Source: Dehalococcoidia bacterium (GTDB taxonomy: Bacteria; Chloroflexota; Dehalococcoidia; SHYD01). From it: DNA of 64,000 nt. Of the stretch, positions 18,825 to 27,985 are shown in pieces. How positions within the stretch are numbered: position 1 is the first letter of the stretch; each line of letters starts with the position of its first letter. A program made the position numbers and the translations under genes. The stretch covers positions 5,910 through 69,909 of the forward strand of contig SHYD01000004.1 in the NCBI GenBank assembly GCA_009692945.1. The letters are read 5' to 3'. Under the pieces are notes generated by a model, which did no database searches, was not told where the DNA came from, and was given only the letters and a program-made list of their open reading frames with translations.

Positions 18825-18880
18825 GGTGAGGGGACACCCCTCACGCACCCTGCCTGCGGGGCAACCCCGCTGGACACCCC
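18825..18880 (+). repeat. GC-hairpin repeat, module B
   Basis: GGTGAGGGGACACCCCTCACGCACCC..GGGGCAACCCCGCTGGACACCCC. It forms two adjacent hairpins and is related to 31041, 38444 and 43609. Confidence 0.75.
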
Positions 18881-19038
18881 GACCTACCGGAGTTGGTCAG
18901 GTTATCCTCAAGTCTGAACTCTTGCGTCTGGCAAGCCGTGGCCAGCGAGGGGGGCGCTTGAACTGTTCTGCTATACTATGGGCGCTCTCAGCCAGGGGGC
19001 CTGCAGGAACAGATTCGATTCCCCAGGAGGGTCGCCAA

Positions 19039-20250
19039 ATGGCGGACATCGGGGCCAACGGCCCGCTCACCGGTTACAGGGTGCTGGACCTTGCCCAGCC
19101 CATCGGCTACCACTGCGGCAAGCTGCTGGGAGACATGGGAGCCGAGGTTATCAAGATTGAACGCCCCGGTGGCGACCCCGCCCGCCTGACCCCTCCCTAC
19201 AAAGACCAGGTGCCCGGACCGGAACGGAGCCTGTACTTCCTCCACTACAACACCAACAAACGGGGGATCACTCTCGATATTGCATCTCCCGACGGCCGGG
19301 AATTATTCCTGGAGTTGGTCCGCCATGCCGACGTGGTGCTCGAGACTTCCAAACCGGGAACGATGGAAGCGCTGGGTCTCGGTTACGACACCCTTGCGAG
19401 CATGAACCCGGCCATCATCATAGCTTCGATCACTCCCTTCGGGCAAACCGGGCCCTGGCGGGCATACGAGGCGACCGACATCGCAGGCCTGGCATTGGGG
19501 AACCCCATGGCCATCAGCGGCGAGCCCGGGTTGGAGCCGCTCCAGGCGCCCGGCGAACTGGCCTATGGCATGGCGTCGACCTACGGCGCCTTTGGGATCG
19601 CGGTGGCGCTCTACCACCGGATGGAGTCCGGCGTTGGCCAGTACATCGACGTTTCGATGGATGAATCCGCCGCCCACATCGCCGGGTACGCCATCCCCCA
19701 TTATTCCCATGAAGGCGTGAAGCCCTACCGCTCTTCCCGCAGCGCTGACGTGGTCGACCTGTACGACGCCTACCGGACCAAGAATGGATTCGTCCGCCTG
19801 TTCATCATCCCCGCTGAGCAATGGCGCAACCTCGTCAGATGGATGGGAGACCCGGATCCCCTGACCGACCCAATCTTTGAAAACTTCGAGTTCCGCCGCC
19901 AAAATACCGACGTCGTTCATGGCGCGATCCAGGAATTCTGTCTGCGGTACACCAAAGAAGAACTCTACGAAGAGGGTCAAAAACGGCACATCGGGGTCAG
20001 CCCGGTCAACACGCCCGTGGAGTTCATCAACAGCGCCCACACCAAGTCCCGTGGCGTGTTTGTTGACATGGAGCATCCGGTGGTGGGCAGCTACAAGCAG
20101 TTCGCCCCCGTACCCCGGTTTTCCGGCAGCCCCGGGCGTCTGGTCCGCTCGGCGCCACTGTTGGGCCAGGACAACGAGGCGGTTTTCTGCGGCGAGTTGG
20201 GGCTCTCCAAGCAGGATTTGGCGGCACTCACCGCCGCCCGCGTCATCTAA
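19039..20250 (+). CDS. Family III CoA-transferase (CaiB/BaiF type)
   Basis: ATG 19039 follows AGGAGG, inside ORF 18823..20250. GYRVLDLAQPIGYHCGKLLGDMGAEVIKIERPGGDPAR is the typical PF02515 N-terminus. Confidence 0.85.
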   Translation: MADIGANGPLTGYRVLDLAQPIGYHCGKLLGDMGAEVIKIERPGGDPARLTPPYKDQVPGPERSLYFLHYNTNKRGITLDIASPDGRELFLELVRHADVVLETSKPGTMEALGLGYDTLASMNPAIIIASITPFGQTGPWRAYEATDIAGLALGNPMAISGEPGLEPLQAPGELAYGMASTYGAFGIAVALYHRMESGVGQYIDVSMDESAAHIAGYAIPHYSHEGVKPYRSSRSADVVDLYDAYRTKNGFVRLFIIPAEQWRNLVRWMGDPDPLTDPIFENFEFRRQNTDVVHGAIQEFCLRYTKEELYEEGQKRHIGVSPVNTPVEFINSAHTKSRGVFVDMEHPVVGSYKQFAPVPRFSGSPGRLVRSAPLLGQDNEAVFCGELGLSKQDLAALTAARVI

Positions 20251-20261
20251 CATAGGGAGGC

Positions 20262-21473
20262 ATGATGGCAACGCTTCCATTGACGGGAATTCGGGTGCTC
20301 GAACTGACCACCGGGGCGGCTGGCCCCACGGTCGGGCGCACCCTGGCGGAGTTCGGGGCCGAGGTCATCCGCGTCGAGAGCCGCAAACGGCTGGACAGCC
20401 ACCGGGGCCAGAACGAGGCCAAATGGAACCAGCGGCCCGACTTCGTCAAGCTGAACCGGGGCAAGAAGTCGGTCACCATCAACATGTCGGTCGAAAAAGG
20501 CCGGGCTTTGATGAAACGGCTGGTATCGAAGAGCGATGTGCTGGTCGAAAACTTCGCCATGGGCGTGCTCGAAAACTGGGGCCTGGTCTACGACGAACTG
20601 AAAAAGGTCAAAGAGGACATCATCCTGGTGCGGGTCAAAGGCCTCGGATCCACCGGCCCCCACGCCACCGACGTGACCTGGGGCCCCAACGTGGGCAACA
20701 TCATGGGCAGTACCTACCTGTGGAACTATCCGGAGTCCGATTTTTCGACGGGTGAGGCCCGCTCCCAGCACCCCGACTTCATGGGAGGCGTCACCGCCGC
20801 CTACGCGGTTGTGCTGGCGCTGATCCACCGCAAACGGACCGGCCAGGGGCAGTGGATCGACAGTGCTCAGCTTGAGGTTGGTGCCTCGCTGTTGGGGCCC
20901 AAGTACCTGGAGTACCACGTCAACGGCGAAGAGCCGCGCCCGATGGGGAATTACAGCGTGACGGCCGCTCCCTACGGCGCATTCCGCTGCGCCGGGGAGG
21001 ACCGTTGGTGCGTCATCGGCGTCTACACCCAGGAGGAGTGGCTGGCATTCTGTACCGCCACCGGACGCCCCGCCCTGGCGTCCGACGCGCGCTTCGCCAC
21101 CCACCTCCAGCGCACCCGCAACCCGGTGGCGCTGCGCCAAGCCGTGGAGGAGTGGACCGGCAGCCGTGATCCCTACGAGGTGATGGAGTCGCTCCAAGCG
21201 GCCGGTGTGATGGCGGCGGTGGTCCAGGACGTCGAAGACCAGTTCAAGCGCGATAAGCAGTACGAAGCGCGCGGGTTCCTGGTCTCGGGTGATGAACCGG
21301 AACTTGGCCCCCTGGTGACCGAGGGCGTGCCCGTTAAGCTGTCGCTGACACCGGGAGGGGTGCAGGGCTATTCGCCCCTTGTCGGTGAGCACACCCAGGA
21401 GGTGGCCCGAACCCTACTGGGCCTCTCTCCTTCAGAAATCGAGACGCTGGAACTGGAGCAGGTGCTGTTCTAG
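20262..21473 (+). CDS. Family III CoA-transferase, second divergent paralogue
   Basis: GIRVLELTTGAAGPTVGRTLAEFGAEVIRVESRKRLD. The gene starts 11 nt after the previous one. Confidence 0.85.
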   Translation: MMATLPLTGIRVLELTTGAAGPTVGRTLAEFGAEVIRVESRKRLDSHRGQNEAKWNQRPDFVKLNRGKKSVTINMSVEKGRALMKRLVSKSDVLVENFAMGVLENWGLVYDELKKVKEDIILVRVKGLGSTGPHATDVTWGPNVGNIMGSTYLWNYPESDFSTGEARSQHPDFMGGVTAAYAVVLALIHRKRTGQGQWIDSAQLEVGASLLGPKYLEYHVNGEEPRPMGNYSVTAAPYGAFRCAGEDRWCVIGVYTQEEWLAFCTATGRPALASDARFATHLQRTRNPVALRQAVEEWTGSRDPYEVMESLQAAGVMAAVVQDVEDQFKRDKQYEARGFLVSGDEPELGPLVTEGVPVKLSLTPGGVQGYSPLVGEHTQEVARTLLGLSPSEIETLELEQVLF

Positions 21474-21562
21474 TTGCCTCGCACCCATAGTGGCGGTATG
21501 ATGCGCCACGTTGGGCGAAGATACCTATCCCACGAGCAGATGAAACAATTTAGGAGGCGTTG

Positions 21563-22393
21563 ATGGCAGACCCATTGGTAGTGATCACGCGACCCCAGGC
21601 GCACACTGCGGTGATCCGGCTGAACCGGGCAGAGAAAAAGAACTCCATGAGCCAGGCGCTGCAATACGGGTTGCGCGATGCCTGGAAAGAGATGAAGGAA
21701 GACGACGACATCTGGAGCATCATCCTGACGGGGACGGCTGACTCGTTCTGTTCCGGCGGGGACCTGGGAGAGAACCTGATGCGGGCCCGGGGCGAACTGC
21801 CGCCGATGCCTTCCACCGGCATCGCCGGTGGCGGCGGCTACCCCGACCTCCACAGCCTCAACCTGGACAAGCCGCTCATCGCCGCGGTCAACGGCTACGC
21901 CGTCGGCGGCGGGTTCGGACTGGCCCTCGCCTGCGACATCCGGCTGTGCACCCCCAACGCCAAGTTCGGCGCCTCCGAAGTGCGCTGGTCGCATATGGCC
22001 GCATGGCCCACCTACTTCCGCACCCTACCCCTGGGCTGGGGATTCTGGCTGGCTTTCACCGGCCAGATGATTGACGCCGACACTGCGTTCCGGCTGGGTT
22101 TGGTGCAGAAGGTGAGCAAGCCGGAAGAGTTGATGGATGATGCCCTCGAATTGACGGACACCATCAACAAAAATGGACGGCTCATCGCCGCCCACACCAA
22201 GGAGTACATGTACCGCCACCTCTACGAGATCGAGGGCTGGGGCCCGAGTTTCGCCCTCCACCAGTTGTACTATTACCATCTGCGCCAGAGCAAGGACTAC
22301 GACGAAGGGTCGGCCGCCTTTGTCCAGAAGCGGCGCCCCCAGTACACCTCGGAGTATTACAAGGTGGGCGACAAGCCGCCTGGCGTCGCCTAA
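21563..22393 (+). CDS. Enoyl-CoA hydratase/isomerase (crotonase) family
   Basis: ATG 21563 lies 5 nt after AGGAGG. Motifs: VIRLNRAEKKN, GTADSFCSGGDL, PLIAAVNGYAVGGGFGLALACDIR. Confidence 0.85.
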   Translation: MADPLVVITRPQAHTAVIRLNRAEKKNSMSQALQYGLRDAWKEMKEDDDIWSIILTGTADSFCSGGDLGENLMRARGELPPMPSTGIAGGGGYPDLHSLNLDKPLIAAVNGYAVGGGFGLALACDIRLCTPNAKFGASEVRWSHMAAWPTYFRTLPLGWGFWLAFTGQMIDADTAFRLGLVQKVSKPEELMDDALELTDTINKNGRLIAAHTKEYMYRHLYEIEGWGPSFALHQLYYYHLRQSKDYDEGSAAFVQKRRPQYTSEYYKVGDKPPGVA

Positions 22394-22479
22394 CCGCAGA
22401 CGGTCGCGAAGCCAGTGGCCCATCACACCCCCGTGTGGTGGGCCACCTTCAATCTCACCTTCGAACTATTGGAGGAACA

Positions 22480-23331
22480 ATGGCGCAATTGGTAGAGGTG
22501 ATCGGGGTCACCCACAATCCCATGTACTGCCGCCGCATTATCGACCCCAACGAAACGAACCCGGGGGTGCTGCGGGTCCGGGACGGGTTCGCCGAGATGC
22601 GTCAGACGCTGGCGGAAGCCAGGCCGGATGTCCTGATCAGCATTGGCAACGACCACCTGAACCAACTCTTCATGGATAACATGCCCGCCTTCATGGTGGG
22701 CAAGGCGCCGGTTGCCGCCGGTTCCTTCACCTGGGAGTACGCGAACGGCGTGCCGCCCTACCAAGCTTCGGTGGACGTTCCCCTGGCCAAGGGCATCATC
22801 ACCGGCGGATACGACAATGGGGTTGATTTCTCGTATTCCGACGAGTTCCGGTTCGATCACTCCTTCACCATTCCGCTCGCCTACATCCGGCCCGAAGCCG
22901 ATCTCTCGGTGGTCCCCATCTTTTGCAACGTCATGTGCCCGCCTATTCCTCCCGCCAAGCGGTTCTTCCAAGTCGGTCAGGCGTTGCGCAAAATCATTGC
23001 CGAGTACCCTTCCGACGCGCGCGTCGGTGTGCTGTGCAGCGGCCACCTGTCGGTCGAGTTAGGCGGCCCCCGTGGCATGGGGTCCACCGACCCCGAATTC
23101 GACGACTGGGGCACCGAGATCGTGGGGACGGGTGACGTTGACCGCGCCCTCCGGGAGTTGACCTACGACCGGTTCTGGCAGGCGGGCAACTACACCGCCG
23201 GTTTCCTCACCTTCGTCCTCCTCATGGGCCTGGTGGACGGCCGCCCGGCGAGCCATTGGGAAGTGGTGCACTCGGACACCAACAGCGCACCGTTTTTCAC
23301 CTGGGACCTGCACCAGGGAGGCGGGAAATGA
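22480..23331 (+). CDS. Class III extradiol ring-cleavage dioxygenase, catalytic LigB-type subunit
   Basis: ATG 22480 follows GGAGG. VTHNP, ISIGNDH, FDHSFTIPL and CSGHLS are collinear with the LigB metal/active-site motifs (SSHIP, YNDH, DHGCTVPL, GGMSH) as I recall them. Confidence 0.8.
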   Translation: MAQLVEVIGVTHNPMYCRRIIDPNETNPGVLRVRDGFAEMRQTLAEARPDVLISIGNDHLNQLFMDNMPAFMVGKAPVAAGSFTWEYANGVPPYQASVDVPLAKGIITGGYDNGVDFSYSDEFRFDHSFTIPLAYIRPEADLSVVPIFCNVMCPPIPPAKRFFQVGQALRKIIAEYPSDARVGVLCSGHLSVELGGPRGMGSTDPEFDDWGTEIVGTGDVDRALRELTYDRFWQAGNYTAGFLTFVLLMGLVDGRPASHWEVVHSDTNSAPFFTWDLHQGGGK

Positions 23332-23621
23332 GCCTCTATTACGTCAACAAAGTGGTCAAACTGATCGTACATACCGAGGACACCGTGGCCCGGCGCCGCT
23401 GGCTGGAGCGGCCGGAAGAGGTGCTGGAGGGGATGGACCTCACCCCTGAAGAGCGTCGCGCGCTGCTTTTGCCCGACATCGCCGCTCTCTACAGCATGGG
23501 CGCCCACCCCGCCCTGCTCCCGCCCTTCATGGCGGTGAAGGACAAGGAGGGCCCGGCGACCCTGATGGCGCGCTACCTGAACATCGTGAGCGGCCTCGGT
23601 CACCCCAGCATCGCCACCTGA
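23328..23621 (+). CDS. LigA-type small subunit of extradiol dioxygenase
   Basis: 98 aa with an ATGA overlap onto the LigB stop. GMDLTPEERRALLLPDIAALYSMGAHPALLPPF resembles the LigA domain (PF07746). Confidence 0.65.
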   Translation: MSLYYVNKVVKLIVHTEDTVARRRWLERPEEVLEGMDLTPEERRALLLPDIAALYSMGAHPALLPPFMAVKDKEGPATLMARYLNIVSGLGHPSIAT

Positions 23622-23729
23622 GGTAGGACCGCGTCCGCTTTAGCTGCGTTCAACACGCTGACGGGCGTGGCCCGGCCCCCAGCCCTATGCTAAGCTAGGT
23701 GAACTTGCGGGAGAGGCGCCGCTCTTCCG

Positions 23730-26249
23730 GTGGCGCCCAACCGTTCCTTGAGGTGTTGCGTGCAGGATTCGGTCGAACCCATCGTTCAACGCCGCAGCCG
23801 GCGCGGTTCTAGCGTTGCCCGAGGCGGGAACGAGCCCGGCCGAGCTAAACTGGAGGCGCTTCACCGCATCCAGGAGCGCGTGTTGTGGCTGGCCACCCGC
23901 ATGGTCCACGAAGCCAACAACGTGCGGCACAGCGTGGACAAATCGAAGGTTGGCGGCCACCAGGCGTCCAGCGCGTCGATGGTTGGCATCCTCACCGCCC
24001 TCTATTTTTCCTGGCTTCGCAATGGCGACCGGGTCGCGGTGAAGCCCCATGCCAGCCCCGTTTTCCACGCGATCCAATACCTGCTCGGCAATCTAGACCG
24101 CTCGTATCTGAGCCAGTTGCGTGCCTTCGGAGGACTGCAGTCCTACCCCAGCCGCACCAAAGACCCCGACCCGGTCGACTTCTCCACGGGTTCCGAAGGA
24201 ATGGGGCCGGCCGCGACCCTCTTCGCCGCCATCACCGACCGTTATGTTGAATCCCGTTTTCGGTCCGAAGCGTCGCCACGACGCCGTTTTGTGGCGGTGT
24301 TGGGCGATGCGGAACTGGACGAGGGCAACATTTGGGAAGCGGTGGCGGATGAGACCGTCCGGAACACCAACCTGGGAAACGTGCTCTGGATCATCGACCT
24401 CAACCGCCAGAGCCTCGACCGGGTGATCCCCGGCATCAAGGTTCGGGAGACTGAGGCGCGGTTCGGCGCGGAGGGCTGGCGGGTGCTCGAAGCCAAGTGC
24501 GGACGCCGGCTGCAGGCCGCCTATGCCGGCCCAGGCGGCGTTGCGTTGCAGCATCGCATCGACGATATGAGCAACGAGGAGTACCAAGCGCTGCTGCGGC
24601 TAGCAGGCGGTGAGGCGCGGGAACGGCTCATCTCGGGAGCGCCCACCGGCGTCCGCGATGCCCTGACGCGCTCGATAGCGGCCACGCCTGATGATGGGCT
24701 GGTGGGACTGCTGAGCGATCTGGCGGGCCACGATATTGCCGAACTGTTGAGTTGTTTTGATGCCGCGGGGGAGGACAGCAACCGGCCGGCGGTGGTGTTT
24801 GCGTACACGGTCAAGGGCTGGGGCCTCCCGATAGCCGGTAACCCCTTGAACCATTCGATGCTGTTGTCTCAGGATCAGATTGATCTCCTCCGGCCGAAGC
24901 TGGGTATTGACCCCCACGACGAATGGGCGCCCTTCCCCACTGGCTCACCCGAAGACCGCATCTGCCGTGAGGCTGCGGCGAGGCTGTATGGGCCAGGCCC
25001 CACCGGGAACGCGCGCGATCCGCTCCCCGTCACCGACGCAGACATACCGGAAACGATTCCCGGCCGGGTCGCCGGGGAGATCTCCACCCAAGAAGCGTTT
25101 GGCAACGCCATGGTGTCGCTCTCTCGCATCGAAGGGCCGCTGGCCCAGCGGATTGTGACCACCAGCCCGGACGTGAGCACATCCACGAACCTGGGCGGTT
25201 GGATCAATCGTACCGGGGTATGGGCCGAGCATCCCACCGAGGCCACCGACCCCGAAACCCTCCGCCTGTTGAGGTGGGCGCCCGGACCCAAGGGCCAACA
25301 CGTCGAATTGGGCATCAGCGAGATGAACCTGTTCATGTTACTGGGCCAACTGGGGCTGAGCCGGGAACTGAATGGCGAATTGCTGTTCCCCGTCGGAACG
25401 GTGTACGACTGTTTTGTTTGCCGCGGGTTGGACGCCTTGATCTACTCGGTCTACTCCGGCTCCAAGTTCGTTTTCGCGGGAACGCCTGCCGGGGTGAGCC
25501 TGAGTCCAGAGGGTGGAGCCCACCAGAGCAGCGTGACGGTGAGCCTCGGAATGGAGCTCCCCAACCTCCAGCTGTATGAGCCCGCATTCCAGCGCGAAAC
25601 CGAGTGGACGTTGCTCGAAGGGCTGCGCCGGTGTGCCGACCGGGAAACGGGGCTTTCCACCTACCTGAGGTTGAGCACCAAACCCATCGACCAAGCGCTG
25701 ATGGCCCCTGCACTCAGTCGCCTCGGGGAAGCTGAGGTCAGGCGTCAAACGCTGCTGGGTGGTTATCGCCTGCTGGACGCCCGCCTCGACGCCGGACTCC
25801 CGGAACCCGCACCCTCCGTTCTCCTGGCCACGGCCGGACCGGTGATCCCGGAGACACTGGAGGCCGCCCGGAGACTCCATGGTGAAGGCGTCGGGGCGAC
25901 CGTGCTGAACCTGACCTCGGCCGGCCGCCTGTACAGCGCCTGGCGGGCCTCTCAAAGCGACGCGATCCGATCGGGCGTGGCGGCCGGCGACCCAGGCCAT
26001 CTTTCGGTTCTCATTCCGCCCGAGGATAGGGGCGCCCCCATCGTTCCGGTGCTCGACGGCGCTTCCCATGCTCTGGCGTTCCTGGGGAGCGTGTTCGGGC
26101 AAAGGGTGACCCCCTTGGGAGTCGATGCCTTCGGCCAGAGCGGCACCAGGCCGGACCTTTACCACTACATGGGGATCGATCCGGACCACATCGTCAACGC
26201 AGCGCTGCTGGCGTTGACACTGGCTCGCACCGGGAGCCGGGGCCGATGA
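23730..26249 (+). CDS. 2-oxoacid (pyruvate-type) dehydrogenase E1 component, homodimeric AceE type
   Basis: 839-aa ORF. RIQERVLWLATRMVHEAN..KVGGHQASSASMVGILTALYF, a ThDP-binding region (LGDAELDEGNIWEA) and a transketolase-like C-terminus. The exact start is uncertain. Confidence 0.85.
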   Translation: MAPNRSLRCCVQDSVEPIVQRRSRRGSSVARGGNEPGRAKLEALHRIQERVLWLATRMVHEANNVRHSVDKSKVGGHQASSASMVGILTALYFSWLRNGDRVAVKPHASPVFHAIQYLLGNLDRSYLSQLRAFGGLQSYPSRTKDPDPVDFSTGSEGMGPAATLFAAITDRYVESRFRSEASPRRRFVAVLGDAELDEGNIWEAVADETVRNTNLGNVLWIIDLNRQSLDRVIPGIKVRETEARFGAEGWRVLEAKCGRRLQAAYAGPGGVALQHRIDDMSNEEYQALLRLAGGEARERLISGAPTGVRDALTRSIAATPDDGLVGLLSDLAGHDIAELLSCFDAAGEDSNRPAVVFAYTVKGWGLPIAGNPLNHSMLLSQDQIDLLRPKLGIDPHDEWAPFPTGSPEDRICREAAARLYGPGPTGNARDPLPVTDADIPETIPGRVAGEISTQEAFGNAMVSLSRIEGPLAQRIVTTSPDVSTSTNLGGWINRTGVWAEHPTEATDPETLRLLRWAPGPKGQHVELGISEMNLFMLLGQLGLSRELNGELLFPVGTVYDCFVCRGLDALIYSVYSGSKFVFAGTPAGVSLSPEGGAHQSSVTVSLGMELPNLQLYEPAFQRETEWTLLEGLRRCADRETGLSTYLRLSTKPIDQALMAPALSRLGEAEVRRQTLLGGYRLLDARLDAGLPEPAPSVLLATAGPVIPETLEAARRLHGEGVGATVLNLTSAGRLYSAWRASQSDAIRSGVAAGDPGHLSVLIPPEDRGAPIVPVLDGASHALAFLGSVFGQRVTPLGVDAFGQSGTRPDLYHYMGIDPDHIVNAALLALTLARTGSRGR

Positions 26250-27598
26250 GCGACCGGATGATCACGATCCCCGGCCTGGGGGACAACGTTACCAGTGGGG
26301 TCATCGGCAGGTGGCTGAAGGACGTGGGTGACCGGGTGCGCAAGGGCGAGCCTGTGGTCGAGATCCAGAGCGACAAGGTCAACCTTGAAATCGAAGCCGA
26401 GGCCGATGGCGTCCTCGAAGCGATCCTGATCCCGGAAGGGGAATCCGCCCTCATCGGAACCGAAATCGGCCGCCTGGGTGAGGGCGCCAATATCCAAGCC
26501 CCTCCACCCGAGGTCTCGATTCCTGTCCCTGCCGCAGCGCCGGCACCCGCCTCGCCTGCCGCCACCATGTCGCCCCCCCAAGAGCCTCCACCAACCTCTC
26601 CGTCCCCCGCTATCGCGATCACACCAGTGGTTTTGCCCGGCCGGATGGCGCAGGCATCCCATGGCCATGCGGACATTTCTGGAGCCCGGCTGGTCTCCCC
26701 GGCGGCCCGGCAACTGGCTGAAGAGTACGGACTAGACCCCGAACACGTTGCCGGATCGGGGCTTGGCGGTTCGGTTCAGGTGGCGGACATTCGCGCTGCA
26801 TTGGAACGGGAGCCGCGGGAACGCATCGCTGCGCCCAGGGCGCCGAGCGGTCAGACGGGCAGCGGGCCATCGAAGGCGGCTTTGCAACCGGCCGCCCGTC
26901 CGGCGCCGGCGCAAGTGTCGGGCCTCCGGCCACTCTCGCCGATTCGCCGCGCCATCGCAACGGCGATGACGCGCAGCCGGGCCGAGATCCCAGACGCATG
27001 GACGTCGGTCGAAATCGACATGTCGGGCGTCAGCAGGCGGCGGGACGCCCTCAAGGAGGCCTTCGCCCAACGGACCGGGGCCAACCTGACCTTCGTGGCG
27101 TTCTTCGCCGAAGCAACGGTGGCCGCGCTGACCGAGGTGCCCCAGGTCAACAGTACCTGGACCGAGGAGGGCGTGCGGGTGCACGGCTCCATCAACCTCG
27201 GCATCGCGGTAGCAGGCCCACGAGGTCTGGTGGTGCCGGTGGTCCGGGAGGCGCAGCGCCTGTCGCTGGAGGGACTCGCCGTCGCCATTCATCAGGCCAT
27301 CGGGAAGGCCCGTGCCGACAAACTGACGCCCGAAGACCTGCAGGGAGGCACCTTTACCCTAAATAACACCGGCGCTCTGGGCAGCGTGTTCACCCAGGCG
27401 ATCCCGGTGCCGGGGCAGGCCGGGATCATCACGATGGAGGCGATGATCAAGCGCGTCGTGGTGCTGCCCGACGACAGCATGGCGGTCCGTCCCATGATGA
27501 ACTCCACCCTGAGTTTCGACCACCGGATCATCGATGGCGCCGAGGCGCTCAAGTATCTTGGAGCCATCAAGAGGATCCTTCAGGCGGGACCGGCTTGA
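26246..27598 (+). CDS. Dihydrolipoamide acyltransferase E2 component
   Basis: ATGA overlap with E1. Lipoyl domain (VVEIQSDKVNLEIEAEADGVL), Pro/Ala linkers, a subunit-binding domain (VSPAARQLAEEYGLD) and the catalytic DHRIIDGAEA. Confidence 0.9.
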   Translation: MSDRMITIPGLGDNVTSGVIGRWLKDVGDRVRKGEPVVEIQSDKVNLEIEAEADGVLEAILIPEGESALIGTEIGRLGEGANIQAPPPEVSIPVPAAAPAPASPAATMSPPQEPPPTSPSPAIAITPVVLPGRMAQASHGHADISGARLVSPAARQLAEEYGLDPEHVAGSGLGGSVQVADIRAALEREPRERIAAPRAPSGQTGSGPSKAALQPAARPAPAQVSGLRPLSPIRRAIATAMTRSRAEIPDAWTSVEIDMSGVSRRRDALKEAFAQRTGANLTFVAFFAEATVAALTEVPQVNSTWTEEGVRVHGSINLGIAVAGPRGLVVPVVREAQRLSLEGLAVAIHQAIGKARADKLTPEDLQGGTFTLNNTGALGSVFTQAIPVPGQAGIITMEAMIKRVVVLPDDSMAVRPMMNSTLSFDHRIIDGAEALKYLGAIKRILQAGPA

Positions 27599-27985
27599 CA
27601 CGCCCTTCTCAGCATGCTAGTCTCTCCAAAATGCTCCCTGTAGCCGTCCTATCAAGCAGCCGCTGTGAGAGTATTCAATAATTAACAGCGCATTCCGCAG
27701 CGACCAGGGTATCAACCCAGGTGAGAGTTCCGGGATGCGCTGTTGCGCAATTTGGAGGGCCTAAGAAGCCAACACCAATCCAGGCCTGCCTTTGAATGCG
27801 GGTGGAAAGCCGGCCCTTGGGCCCCTCGGTTTCGCCTTGACATTGAGTTTCATGGCATGCCAAGGATTCAGAATTCTAGTTGAGGGGGGCGACGCTCGGC
27901 TCCGGCTGTGTTGGTGAACACCGCGAGCCGGAACGGGTCAGGCGGGGCGAGGTGACGGGTGGTCAAACAACCTTTGGAGGAGTCT

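Noticed and set aside
18405-18917. ORFs running through the repeat-filled gaps: 18405-18917, 30966-31730, 38460-38720, 43250-43474, 48140-48568, 57176-57433 and 63248-63445.
   Set aside because: They are translations of the GC-hairpin repeat modules. The same peptide-like strings recur in different frames and orientations, and there are no start-site signals.
27837-27842. TTGACA as the -35 box of the ABC importer promoter.
   Set aside because: There is no acceptable -10 hexamer at 16-19 nt (CCAAGG / AAGGAT), so I did not report it as a feature.
27599-27985. Assignment of the structured leader to a known riboswitch class (TPP, cobalamin, ZTP, glycine, fluoride).
   Set aside because: The conserved cores I remember are absent or only fragmentary (CUGAGA..ACCUGAUC..GGGA for TPP, the B12 box, CCGCCUGGGC for ZTP). 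It is kept only as an unclassified candidate.
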